DNA of 64,000 nt, taken from the NCBI GenBank assembly GCA_030390025.1, contig CM059432.1, forward strand, positions 129,644,001-129,708,000, read 5' to 3'. The first letter of the stretch is position 1; every line of letters starts with the position of its first letter. This document shows positions 39,568 to 51,652 of the stretch, in pieces. Below the pieces are notes generated by a model. The model did not search any database and was not told the DNA's origin. It saw nothing but the letters and a program-made list of their open reading frames with translations. Both the position numbers and the translations under genes were made by a program. This stretch comes from Squalus acanthias. Taxonomy: Eukaryota.

Positions 39568-40628
39568 TGTCAACTATGGCTCAGTGGGTAGCACACTTGC
39601 CTCTGAGCCAGAAGGTTGTGGGTTCACGTCCCACTCCAGAGGCTTGAATACAAAAGCTAGGTTGACATCCCAGCACAGTATTGAGGGAGTGCTGCACCAA
39701 ATTTCAGCTGAGCTGTTAAACCAAGGCCCCATCTGCCTTCTCAGGTTGACATAAAGGATCCCATGGCACTATTCTGATAGAAGTGCAGAGTAGATCTTCC
39801 TGGTGTCCTAGCCAATATTTATCCTTCAACCAACATCACTAAAACAGACTATCTGGTCATTATCACATTACTGTTTGTGGAGCTGATCAAGCGTGGTCAA
39901 AGCTTCGATGCTGGGGATGTTGGCCTGAGCGAGAACACCGACGTTGGTGCGTCTATCCTGCCAATGGATTTGCAGGATCTTGCGGAGGCAGCGTTGGTGG
40001 TACCTCTCCAGTGCTTTGAGGTGCCTGCTGTACATGGTCCATGTCTCTGAGGCATACAGCAGGGCGGGTATCACTGCTGCTCTGTAGACCATGAGTCCTG
40101 GTCTTCAAACACTCTCTTCCTCAGGCAACCGAAGGCTGCACTGGCACACTGAAGGCGGTGTTGGACTTCGTCATCGACATCTGCCCTTGTTGACAGTAGG
40201 CTCCCGAACACCTCGAGTCTCTTCGCCGGGAGCAAGCGCAAGCAGCGCATGTCAACCCAAGCACCCCACCCACCCGTCCCTTCAACCACCATCTGCCCTA
40301 CCTGTGACAGAGACCAGGTCCCGTATTGGACTCATCAGTCACCTGAGAACTCATTTTTAATGTGGAAGCAAGTCATCCTCGGTTCTGAGGGACTGCCTAA
40401 AAAGAAGAACTGTTTGTGGAACCTTGCTGTGCGCAAATTGGCTGCCATGTTTCCTACATTAAAGAAAGACTTGCATTTCTGTAGCACCTTTCAGGACCTC
40501 AGGACGTCCCAAAACGCTTTACAGCCATTGAAGTACTTTTGAAGCGTAGTCACTGTTGTAATGTAGGAACACTTCAAAGGTATTTCATTGGCTGTAAAAC
40601 GCTTTGGGGCATCCTGAAGTCATGAAAT
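39568..40628 (+). mobile_element. SacSINE1-like DeuSINE interrupted by an RTE insertion
   Basis: tRNA-like head (tggctcagtgggtagc; gggttcacgtcc) and Deu domain. SINE sequence resumes at 40421 (accttgctgtgcgcaaattggctgcc) and ends in an L2 tail. An inverted tail fragment lies at about 40465-40570. Confidence 0.85.
39882..40408 (+). mobile_element. RTE fragment with 5' inversion, 12-bp TSD
   Basis: ACTGTTTGTGGA at 39870-39881 and 40409-40420. 39882 to about 40205 is antisense RTE, and about 40206-40408 is the sense RTE 3' end with an aagaag tail. Confidence 0.9.
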
Positions 40629-41138
40629 GTGCTATATAAATGCAAATCATGGCAGAGAACCTGTGTGGAAGGCCATGATAGCCAAGGAAAATATTTTAAG
40701 TTTAATTCCAGACTGAATGTCAAAATAAGCGAAAATAAGATTCACGGGGATCAGTAACTTGCCGGCGCATTCAGCCAAAGTATTTAAATTTATTTTGGGG
40801 CTGACAGCACCAGAACCTGTTGGTATGGCTGAATAAAATATTTAAATTTAATTCAAGCCCATACATTGTGAATGCTTAACAGCTTAGGCATGGGAACTTG
40901 CTGTTTGAAGTGTAGGCTTTAGGCAAGTAAAAACAGCTCCATCAGAGATAGGAGATGGAACAATGATTTTAGAAGGACCAAAGATCACAAAGGACAAAAT
41001 CAGATGTAAGTAAAAGTAATGAGCTTGAAAAACATGTAATTGTTTTTTAAATTGTTACGGGGCATGGCTCCCTGTGACCAGATCCTGACCCCCAGGTTTA
41101 ACAAAATTGTAATACAGAAAATGAGAACAACAACTAGT

Positions 41139-44100
41139 TGTGTGTGTGTGGGGTGTGTGTGTGGTGTGTGAGTGTGTGGGGGGCGTGTGTGGGGTGTGTG
41201 TGGGGGTATGTGTGTGGGGTGTGTGTGTGGGGTGTGTGTGGGGGTGTGTGTGGGCGTGTGTGTGGGGAGTGTGTGTGTGGCGTGTGTGTGGGGTGTGTGT
41301 GTGGGGTGTGTGTGTGTGGGGTGTGTGTGTGGGGTGTGTGTGTGTGGGGTGTGTGTGTGTGGCGTGTGTGTGGGGTGTGTGTGTGGGGTGTGTGTGTGTG
41401 GGGTGTGTGTGTGGGGGGTATGTGTGTGGGGTGTGTGTGTGGGGTGTGTGTGGGGTGTGTGTGGGGAGTGTGTGTGTGGCGTGTGTGTGGGGTGTGTGTG
41501 TGGGGTGTGTGTGTGTGGGGTGTGTGTGTGGGGTGTGTGTGTGTGGGGTGTGTGAGTGGGGTGTGCGAGTGGGGTGTGCGAGTGGGGTGTGAGTGTGGTG
41601 TGTGTGAGTGGGGTGTGGTGTGTGTGTGTGGGGTGTGTGTGTGTGGGGTGTGAGTGGGGTGTGTGTGTGTGGGGTGTGTGAGTGTGGTGTGTGTGTGGGG
41701 TGTGTGTGTGTGGGGTGTGTGAGTGTGGTGTGTGTGTGGGGTGTGTGTGTGTGGGGTGTGTGAGTGTGGTGTGTGTGTGGGGTGTGTGTGTGTGGGGTGT
41801 GAGTGTGTGGGGTGTGAGTGTGTGGGGGGTATGTGTGAGTGTGGTGTGTGTGTGGGGTGTGTGTGTGGGGTGTGTGAGTGTGTGGGGTGTGTGGGGTGTG
41901 TGAGTGTGGTGTGTGTGTGGGGTGTGTGTGTGGGGTGTGTGTGTGTGGGGTGTGAGTGTGTGGGGGGTATGTGTGTGTGTGGTGTGTGTGTGTGGGGTGT
42001 GAGTGTGTGGGGTGTGAGTGTGTGGGGGGTATGTGTGTGTGTGGTGTGTGTGTGGGGGGCATGTGTGTGGGGGGTATGTGTGAGTGTGGTGTGTGTGTGG
42101 GGTGTGTGTGTGTGGGGTGTGTGAGTGTGGTGTGTGTGTGGGGTGTGTGTGTGTGTGGGGTGTGTGTGTGTGGTGTGTGTGTGGGGTGTGTGTGTGTGGG
42201 GGGTATGTGTGTGTGGGGGGCATGTGTGTGGGTTGTGTGTGTGTGGGGTGTGAGTGTGTGGGGGGTATGTGTGTGTGGGGGGCATGTGTGTGGGTTGTGT
42301 GTGTGAGTGGGGTGTGTGTGTGTGGGGTGTGTGAGTGTGGTGTGTGTGTGGGGTGTGTGTGTGGGGTGTGTGAGTGTGGTGTGTGTGTGGGGTGTGTGTG
42401 TGTGGGGTGTGTGAGTGTGGGGTGTGTGAGTGTGGTGTGTGTGTGGGGTGTGTGTGTGGGGTGTGTGAGTGTGGTGTGTGTGTGTGGGGTGTGTGAGTGT
42501 GGTGTGTGTGTGGGGTGTGTGTGTGGGGTGTGTGAGTGTGGTGTGTGTGTGGGGTGTGTGTGTGGGGTGTGTGTGTGTGGGGTGTGTGAGTGTGGTGTGT
42601 GTGTGTGGGGTGTGTGAGTGTGGTGTGTGTGTGGGGTGTGTGTGTGGGGTGTGTGAGTGTGGTGTGTGTGTGGGGTGTGTGTGTGGGGTGTGTGTGTGTG
42701 GGGTGTGAGTGTGTGGGGGGTATGTGTGTGGGTTGTGTGTGTGAGTGGGGTGTGTGTGTGTGGGGTGTGTGTGTGGGGTGTGTGAGTGCGGTGTGTGTGT
42801 GGGGTGTGTGTGTGGGGTGTGTGAGTGTGGTGTGTGTGTGGGGTGTGTGTGTGTGTGGGGTGTGAGTGTGGTGTGTGTGTGGGGTGTGTGTGTGGGGTGT
42901 GTGAGTGTGGTGTGTGTGAGTGTGGGGTGTGTGAGTGTGGTGTGTGTGTGGGGTGTGTGAGTGTGGGGTGTGTGAGTGTGGTGTGTGTGTGGGGTGTGTG
43001 TGTGGGGTATGTGTGTGGGGTGTGTGTGGGGTGTGTGTGTGGGGTGTGTGAGTGTGGGGTGTGTGAGTGTGGTGTGTGTGTGGGGTGTGTGTGTGGGGTG
43101 TGTGTGTGGGGTGTGTGTGTGTGGGGTGTGTGAGTGTGGGGTGTGTGAGTGTGGTGTGTGTGTGGGGTGTGTGTGTGGGGTGTGTGAGTGTGGTGTGTGT
43201 GTGGGGTGTGTGTGTGGGGTGTGTGAGTGTGGTGTGTGTGTGGGGTGTGTGTGTGTGGGGTGTGTGAGTGTGGGGTGTGTGAGTGTGGTGTGTGTGTGGG
43301 GTGTGTGTGTGGGGTGTGTGAGTGTGGTGTGTGTGTGTGGGGTGTGTGAGTGTGGTGTGTGTGTGGGGTGTGTGTGTGGGGTGTGTGAGTGTGGTGTGTG
43401 TGTGGGGTGTGTGTGTGGGGTGTGTGTGTGGGGTGTGTGTGTGTGGGGTGTGTGAGTGTGGTGTGTGTGTGTGGGGTGTGTGTGTGTGGTGTGTGTGTGG
43501 GGTGTGTGTGTGGGGTGTGTGTGTGGGGTGTGTGTGTGTGGTGTGTGTGTGTGGTGTGTGTGTGGGGTGTGTGTGTGTGGGGTGTGTGTGTGTGGTGTGT
43601 GTGTGGGGTGTGTGTGTGTGGGGTGTGTGTGTGTGGTGTGTGTGTGGGGTGTGTGTGTGGGGTGTGTGTGTGGGGTGTGTGTGTGTGGGGTGTGTGTGTG
43701 TGGGGTATGTGAGTGTGGTGTGTGTGTGGGGTGTGTGTGTGGGGTGTGTGTGTGGGGTGTGAGTGTGTGGGGGTGTGTGTGAGTGGGGTGTGTGTGAGTG
43801 GGGTGTGTGTGTGTGGGGTGTGTGTGTGAGTGGGGTGTGTGTGTGTGGGGTGTGTGTGTGAGTGGGGTGTGTGTGTGTGGGGTGTGTGTGTGAGTGGGGT
43901 GTGTGTGTGTGGGGTGTGTGTGTGAGTGGGGTGTGTGTGTGTGGGGTGTGTGTGTGAGTGGGGTGTGTGTGTGTGGGGTGTGTGTGTGAGTGGGGTGTGT
44001 GTGTGTGGGGTGTGTGTGTGAGTGGGGTGTGTGTGTGTGGGGTGTGTGTGTGAGTGGGGTGTGTGTGTGTGGGGTGTGTGTGTGAGTGGGGTGTGTGTGT

Positions 44101-44726
44101 GTGGGGTGTGTGTGTGAGTGGGGTGTGAGTGTGAGTGGGGTGTGAGTGTGTGTGGGGTGTGTGTGTGGGGTGTGTGTGTGGGGTGTGTGTGTGTGGGGTG
44201 TGTGAGTGTGGTGTGTGTGTGGGGTGTGTGTGTGGGGTGTGTGTGTGGGGTGTGAGTGTGTGGGGGTGTGTGTGAGTGGGGTGTGTGTGTGTGGGGTGTG
44301 TGTGTGAGTGGGGTGTGTGTGTGTGGGGTGTGTGTGTGAGTGGGGTGTGAGTGTGTGTGGGGTGTGTGTGTGTGGGGTGTGTGTGTGAGTGGGGTGTGTG
44401 TGAGTGGGGTGTGTGTGTGTGGGGTGTGTGTGTGTGTGGGGTGTGTGTGTGGGGTGTGTGTGTGTGGGGTGTGTGTGTGTGGGGTGTGTGTGTGTGTGGG
44501 GTGTGTGTGTGTGTGGGGTGTGTGTGTGGGGTGTGAGTGTGTGTGGGGTGTGTGTGTGTGGGGTGTGTGTGTGGGGTGTGTGTGTGTGTGGGGTGTGAGT
44601 GTGTGTGGGGTGTGTGTGTGGGGTGTGTGAGTGTGGTGTGTGTGTGGGGTGTGTGTGTGTGGGGTGTGTGTGTGTGTGGGGTGTGAGTGTGTGGGGGGTA
44701 TGTGTGTGTGTGGGGTGTGTGTGTGG
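41139..44726. repeat. 3.6 kb compound (GT)n-GGGG satellite
   Basis: Continuous (TG)2-7 runs punctuated by GGGG, GG or GAG. C is nearly absent on the + strand. Confidence 0.98.
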
Positions 44727-45254
44727 AATCTAGGAAGTGTGTGCTAGATGCAAGAATATTAATATAGATAGATATTTAGCAATAGAAATTCAATGGTACC
44801 TATCCTAGAAAAAATATTACACTGGAGGTATGGATCGATCATATAAAAATCAATATGCTGAAACAAACTAACTCTTTCATATCAAAAATCCTGAAAATTA
44901 AATCACGGAATTGAACCACTTTGATATGTGAAGTAAATTAAACCAGCAATTCAACTTTGTCACGGAACATGCACCTCTCTCTGGCCATTTACATGATTTG
45001 TTCACTTTGTGTCGATTTATTCATATGCCACACACACTGTCTGGTAACTGGGATATATTTGTTGGTGCAATCAGTATTCGTGTTGGTGCAGCTACTAATG
45101 ACACTTTATAATGACACGGTAGGGCTGATAATGCAGATCCCAGGCAGCTTCGCTGATGGCGGTGCTGCTCGGCTTCTCTGTGCACCTGGGCATGACAGAG
45201 CTGACCTCGGGCAGTAATGCAAGGTCAGGTTATTTAGATAATTAAAACCGGCAA

Positions 45255-45648
45255 TGCCTCGTTTTTAAAATTCTCATGCTTGTTTTCAAATCCCTCCGTG
45301 CCTTCGTCCTTCCCTATCTCTGTGACCTCCTCCAGCTCCACAACCCTCAGATCTCTGCTCCCTCCAATTCTGGCCTCTTGCGTTTCTCTGATTTTCATCG
45401 CCCTGCCATTGGTGGCCGTGCCTTCAGCTGCCTAGGCCCTAAGCTCTGGAATTCCTTCCCTAAACCTCTCAGCCTCTCTACCTCGCTCTCCTCCTTTAAG
45501 ACACTCCTTAAAACATGCCTCTTGTCACCTGCCCTAATATCTCTTATGTGGCTCGGTGTCAAATTTTGTTCGCTAACGCTCCTGTGAAATACTTGGGATG
45601 TTTTACTACGTTAAAGGCGCTATATAAATGCAAGTTGTTGTTGTTGTT
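45255..45648 (+). mobile_element. L2 LINE 3' end
   Basis: LVFKSL...GGRAFSCLGPKLWNSFPK with gctatataaatgcaag(ttg)n tail. Confidence 0.9.
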
Positions 45649-45830
45649 ATAGTAGCAGTGTTTCTGATAACCCACCAAGTTAGTCAGATAGTCAGTGATG
45701 GGCTGTTGACTGTCCATTGTATGTGGGGCACTTTCCCAGCATGAGGAAAAGTGGCGGGGTGGGCAGGCACAAGATGGGGGTCCGGGGGCAATAGGGTACC
45801 AGGCATGGAGGGCTCCAGTGCCAGCAGTGC

Positions 45831-47151
45831 TGAAGGGATAATTACTAGTCCTAGCCCCTTTAGGGCTACCCTGGATCAGGCGTATTCCTCAGACATTCAC
45901 TTTCAACTAAAGTTTGAGGTAGCCGAATCCTAAAGACGCTTAATTGGGTCTAAAGGTCCAGACTATCTCTCCCTAAAGGAAAGGAACAACCTGAAGATGT
46001 TACCGTCCTCCAGATAGCACTTTTAATAAGTTTAGCTAGACTGTAACGTTCCGGATATTATGAAGGTCCGGAAAACTCCCCCAGAATTCTGCAACTCCTT
46101 ACCAAAGAGCGTACAGAGATTGAGTTCACGAGTTTGATACAGAAGTATTATGTGAGACAATTCTAAAAATATATAGATTTATTAAAGAACCGACATGTAT
46201 TTACAGTAGGTGTTTCAATCGCAACATTAACAGTTCCAAAAAGAGTAAGCTTACAATTCTTATTATCAGAGATTCTTATTCTCAAATCTTAACTTCGCTA
46301 CAGTTTTACAGTTCTTAAAGTTTATTCAGGATATCCACCAAAATCAAATACAGTGCCTTGATCCCCGAGATAAAAGAGTTGTAGACTTACAGAGCCACCT
46401 CTGAAGCCTAAGAATCGCTTTGCCCCTTTACAGCGAGACTATTCTCCTATTTGAGAGCTCAGTATTTATACCCTTTTCCAGTGGTATTTCCTTTGAAGTT
46501 TTCTGCTGATGTAAGCTAATTATCTCTAGTCATTTTTCTGCTGACCCCTGCTATTCTTACAGTCACCTCAGCATGTAGCAATGCAGAATTATGTCTCTAC
46601 CCCAGGTGTTCGAAGCTCACCATAAAAAACAGTGTAACAGCAGATGCATTTCACTTGATGTCATCTCTACCAAGGCCTTCTGTTTGTGTCTCTTTACGAA
46701 GTGTAAATTAGAACACCTCAACCAGGGTGATCTATGCAATTCTTTAGTCACCTCAGCTGGTTGCAATACAGAATTATGTCTCCTGTGTAGGTGTCTTCAG
46801 CTTAACACAAAAACAGTGTGACAGCAGATGTTTCTTTTACTTGATGTCATTTTTACGAAGGCATATGTTTCTGCTTCTTTACGAAGTGTAATTTAGGACA
46901 CCTTAACCAGGATGCACCATTGTCTTCTTTCCAAAGATTCAGACCGTCGGGAGCCTCCAACCTTCTGTTTCAACAAGGTTATTGATTCAGTGTCAACAAC
47001 CATCCCATCCCCATAGCCAGAATGCTGTAACAGTTTTAGATTGTTCAGGCTTCCAGATTTCCAGACCTAGTTTGTCATGTTTTAATAAGGCCAGAATTCT
47101 TTCATAGAATGGTGTATTTTTCTGAATAGGTATATGGCTTATTCCTTCACA
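45831..47151 (-). mobile_element. Solo LTR, copy 2, 1321 bp, with a U3 tandem duplication
   Basis: Same termini as 2296-3420 with a 4-bp TSD GTGC (45827-45830, 47152-47155). Minus-strand TATAAA at 46465-46470 and AATAAA at 46178-46183. Confidence 0.9.
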
Positions 47152-47837
47152 GTGCGAAGGGGGTAAAAGGCAGAAGTGCTTTATTTTAACTTAGCGATGG
47201 CTTTCACGTCAGCCCCCGTTCCAAATGGTGCAACTGAAATATTGTTCTGGTGCTCCAGCCATATTGAGGGTCAGGAACCTCATTTAAATGAAAATCAGGG
47301 CCCTAATGAGCCTAGTGCACTGCTTTGTATTTGCCACCCACACTGAGGCACGCTGTGTGGCTTGGGCATGTTGTAGGCCTTCGCAACAGGAACCCTTCGT
47401 GCTTCAGTGCATCAGTCCATCAGCATGGTAATATTGGCCTCGGTGTTTGAAAATATACCTGTTGTTTAGCACAAAGTGGAGATTAGCATTTTGAAATAAC
47501 GAAATTGTAATTTAAATGGTAATAAGGGAGGGATTTGAAATATTGGCCCTTGTTTGTGTGGCTTGCATAGCAGTAATGCGACAAAAGTGATAATTCAGTT
47601 CATATGTAATAACATTTTACCCTGTCATATAAACATAAAATAATTGATAAATATCTCCATTCATGAGGATTATCCTGACTCACTCGTGACTTATCTGCTC
47701 AAGCTGACTTGAGATTATATATTTATTATGTATGACTGCAGGCCAGGCATGCTCTGTATACTAATTGTAATTAACCACATTGTTAGGGCTTCCAACACAG
47801 TACAGGTGGGTTGCTGCGTGGCTGTAGCCTGCACAGA

Positions 47838-48816
47838 AAGGGAATTTTAACCTAAAAAAACAGGTGGGTTTGCAGCGTGGGGGTAGTTAAATTGTGAAAA
47901 ATGGAATTTCCGACCTGATCCCACCCACAGCGGCGGGAAGGGGGGCAGGACGGGGAGCAGGCTCAACCCGCTCCCAAGAGGCAGGGCGTCAATTTAAATA
48001 TCATAATGAGGCTGGAACCCTCTTCTTTAACCTCCATTTTGTTTTTAACTGCATGTGGACGGGTTTTACACAATTCGTGAAACCCGGCAGTTACAGCAAG
48101 GCGAAGATTGCTGGATCCAGCAGGTAAATGCCTTTATACCTACCTCCTGGATCCAGGGTCCCTGCCTAACCCAACTCCGCGATCGGAGACTCCTTCCCCA
48201 GGCCTCCGATTACTCACCCAGGCCTCCAATCACACCCCCCACCCTCCCACATGCCCCTGATGCCCCATGAGGCCTGCTCCTCCGACCTTCTCCCAGTTTC
48301 TCCCGGCCCACGATCTTCTGAGGATTCCCCCCCCCGCCAACCCCCGTGCTCCACCCGGCCCGCGATTGTCTGTAGATCACCACCCCCCACCCCCCCGCCC
48401 CAGCTCCTCCCGGCCGGCAATCGTCCTTTGATCCTCTCCCCCATACTGCTGCGGCCACTTCCCGGCCCACGATCTTCCTCGCACTCCCCCCCACCCCCCC
48501 CCCAACCCCGATTCTTCACCGACCACCTTCCAGCTCCTGATCTTCCTCGCGGCTGCCACCAGATCCTTCACCCAATTTTCTTACCAACCACTATGCCACC
48601 CCCGCGATCCCTTCCTCCATCCTCTGTGCGGCCTAATGCCAGAGGCCTACCTGCCCGGAGCCAGCCAGCCTCTCAATCTGGCTGGCTGCGGGCAGGAAAC
48701 CGAAGCCTCGCATGCAAATCGGGCCCTCCCAGGTTTCCCAACCACCTCGGTGCCCGCCCCCCACCGTCCCCCCCTCACACCGGCCCCAACCCGCCTTCCT
48801 CCTTAAAATCCAGCCC
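47838..48816. mobile_element. Harbinger-like non-autonomous element with a C-rich ccc-cgatc tandem-like interior
   Basis: Termini ggaattttaacc / ttaaaatccagccc. Same layout as 53938-54825. Confidence 0.65.
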
Positions 48817-48829
48817 AAAGTGTTTAAAC

Positions 48830-49210
48830 ACAATAACAATAACTTGTATTTATATAGCATCTTTAACATAGTAAGACATCTCAAGGCACGTCACAGGAGC
48901 GTTATCAGACAAAATTTGACACCGAGCCACATAAAGAGATATTAGGACAGGTGAGGTAGATTTAAAGGAGCGACTTAAAGGAAGTGAGAGAGGCGGAGAG
49001 GTTTGGGAGAGGACACGCAAGAGGCCAGAATTGGAGGAGCGCAGGGATCTCGGAGGGTTGTAGGGCTGGAGGAGGTTACAGAGATAGGGAGGGGCGAGGC
49101 CATGGAGGGATTTGAAAACATGAATGAGAATTTTAAAGTTGAGGCTTTGCCGGAGCGGGAGCCAGTGTGAGTCAGCGAGCACAGGGGTGATGTGCGAACG
49201 GGCCTTGGTG
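48830..49210 (-). mobile_element. L2 LINE 3' end
   Basis: RSHITPVLADSHWLPLRQSLNFKILIHVFKSLHGLAPPYLCNLLQPYNPPRSLRSSNSGLL plus tail. Confidence 0.92.
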
Positions 49211-49859
49211 CTCATCATGATGTACGAGCCTTTAATATTTGAAATTCCCAATTATCAGTCTAGTAGATGGAACCCTCAGGCAGTCCTACTCAACTCTCCC
49301 CGTATTGACCTGACTGCAATTCAGCTCCTTTCAAGGAAAAGACAGTGACATGAAAGCGTTGCAGGTCTAAACAACGAAAGGCTATTTAATGGATTTCTTG
49401 CTACTGACAGTGAGTTTCAACTTTAAAACCGGAATCAGTAATAAGAAATTTGTTTTGAATGTCGCGTTTTCTTCCCTGCGGGGCCTCAAAGCTGCAATCA
49501 GCGTTGGGAATTAAACTAAGTGCAGCCCAGCCATTTGTAGTTCGCAAAGCCAACTGCAGACTTTTGAAGATGCAAAGGCAAAATTAGTCTTTTAAGATTT
49601 CTTGTTAAATTTCTTTTACTAAGTTTAAAATCTGCACTTTCAGTCAGTAACAGAAAATAAATGTTTCCTTTCAGCAGGCGAATGGAACACGGCGAATAGG
49701 TTATAGGCCCCAAAATTCCTTCGAGCTGAATCTGTCACCCTATCAATGGCGGGATTGGACTTCTGGCCATTGGTGCCTTGTGCCCTGACCCAGTTCCATG
49801 TTCATAGGATGATACAGCACAGAAGGAGGCCATTCGGCCCATCGTGCCTACACCAGAAA

Positions 49860-49959
49860 ACTGAATTCAAATTCTCAGACTGCCATGGTGGCGATCTAAC
49901 TGGATTACTAGTCCTGGCTTCAGGATTACTAGTCCAGTGACATAACCACTAAACTACCC
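49860..49959 (-). mobile_element. tRNA-derived head fragment (same family as 59-60 kb)
   Basis: Reverse complement gggtagtttagtggttatgtcactggactagtaatcctgaagccaggactagtaatcca. Confidence 0.75.
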
Positions 49960-51105
49960 ATCCCCTTCAATCGAGGTCAAACAAACATGCATCAGGCAAG
50001 TGCCCGCACCATTACTGGCACAGCCAGGCTTCCGCCTCAGGTGGGGCCGAGGACACTGGCAGTAAGAGCAGCAATATTGGGCCGGCCTGAAGATATCTTT
50101 TAGAAGAAGGTCGGGCCCGTCGGTTTCGAAAGCTGTGTTCTGCATTGCAATTCATCACTCTGCCATGCCAGAGACACAAAGGGCATCCCTTGGACCCAGC
50201 GTTGCTAAGGGAAGAAAGGCAGGCATTACAACATACGGCGACATTCATTGCCCTTGTACATGGCCGTCCATATCTGAGGCGGGTGTATTATGCCCCTGCT
50301 CCAAACCAACTGGAAATTTCATCAGGTGGAAAAGAAGGCAGATAATGGAGGTTGGATTGCGCTCTCTCATAATTGGGTCCCGCCCTTTTTCCAGCCTCGC
50401 TCACCCCAAATATACCTTAATTACACCAAAAACATGAAGAAATTCAGGGCCATGCTTTTTTTTTGAGTAAATGCAGAATTCCTGTCAGATTCAGATCTTC
50501 TGATGTCCAAATTTATTGGCCAGGCAAACGGTCGGTGGATCTTGCCTATTCTCCTTCGTATAACACGTGTAAAAATCTTTATGATAGGAAATACATGCTA
50601 AAATAGCAAATATGCTAGAAAGCACGCATTTCTTTAAAAGGACATATACATCTGAATCCAAACGAGCCAAGTGAACTCAAACAGACTTAATATAGATCAC
50701 TTCAATCCTTGTCCTTAGTATTTGTATTCAACTGATCGTCCCTCAGCTGTACAAAATCTTTTTGAATTCCACAGCCAAATCCTTTTCATGCTTTTGATTC
50801 TGCTTTAAGGTTCCTTCTTAATTCTCTTTGCGTACAATATATAGGACAAAGGAGTTTTCTGAAGTTTGTTGACATTGCTCTGTTGGAATACAGTCCCCAC
50901 CGTTGACAGCAGAAGCATTCGTGCGAATGTGATTTGCCCCTGATGGCCGGTATAACGTTAATAAAATTTAAAATCCTTTCAATTACAGTTTAAAAGACTG
51001 CCAGAGAGAGGATCATTAATATTCACGCTGCAGCAGGTCTATATTTACTGGATAGCTTTCAAATTTGGGCCATTTATTACAGCTGAGTCACTGGAAAGGT
51101 AAATT

Positions 51106-51652
51106 GAGGTAAAAATTGGGTAGCGCCCCCTTATTAAAGGGGAGTGGCCTGGCGCAGCGCGTCCGGGCGCCCAGTTGGGCCACCAGGGATCGGGAGTGCC
51201 GGCTAATAAGTCCGGCACTCAAGAGGAGTGCCGGGCTCACGGAGAGCAGCCGGCACCCCGTGGGGGGGGCTTCACAGGGGCCAGGGACAGCAGCGGGGGC
51301 AGGTGCTGGCAGGCGGCCAGCAACAAAAATGGCCGCCCGCCACCTCCCCTTTAACTAGAGCTGCCCCGGCCGCAGGTAGGGCCCCCTGACCCCGGCGGAC
51401 ATAGCATCCGGCGGTAAGTCAGGGGACGCTACGCAATATTACAACCGGGGCCTAAGCGGGCGCTGCGCACGTCGATGATGTCATCGCTGGCGGCGCAGCG
51501 CCGCGCGCTAATGGTTAGCACCGCCGCTAACCTCCCGCTGAATTTCATGGGAGGCGTTAGCGGCGCCGCGCCCAGGCGCTAGTTGATTTGCGCCCTGTTA
51601 GCGCCCTCTTAGGGTGCTAACGGAAGGCACAAATCAACCGAATTTAGCCCCC
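51106..51652. mobile_element. CpG-rich Harbinger-type MITE
   Basis: Termini GAGGTAAAAATTGGG / CCGAATTTAGCCCCC. Shares sequence with 24990-25095 and has multiple ttagcgcc/ggcgctaa motifs. Confidence 0.75.

Noticed and set aside
41000..44630. Long His/Thr/Pro- and Cys/Val/Gly-rich ORFs (up to 407 aa)
   Set aside because: Translations of the GT/GGGG satellite, open in many frames on both strands.
41139..44726. Telomeric or interstitial telomeric array, or CRISPR-like array
   Set aside because: No TTAGGG units and no unique spacers. The context is eukaryotic with no cas genes.
2296..47151. One giant provirus bounded by two LTRs
   Set aside because: Each LTR has its own distinct TSD, and no PBS, gag or pol lies between them.
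48214..48945. Pro/Gly-rich ORFs (also 54294-54804, 24677-25345 and 55002-55535)
   Set aside because: They arise from GC-rich MITE interiors. Only the Myb-like part of 24677-25345 is meaningful, as a transposon relic.
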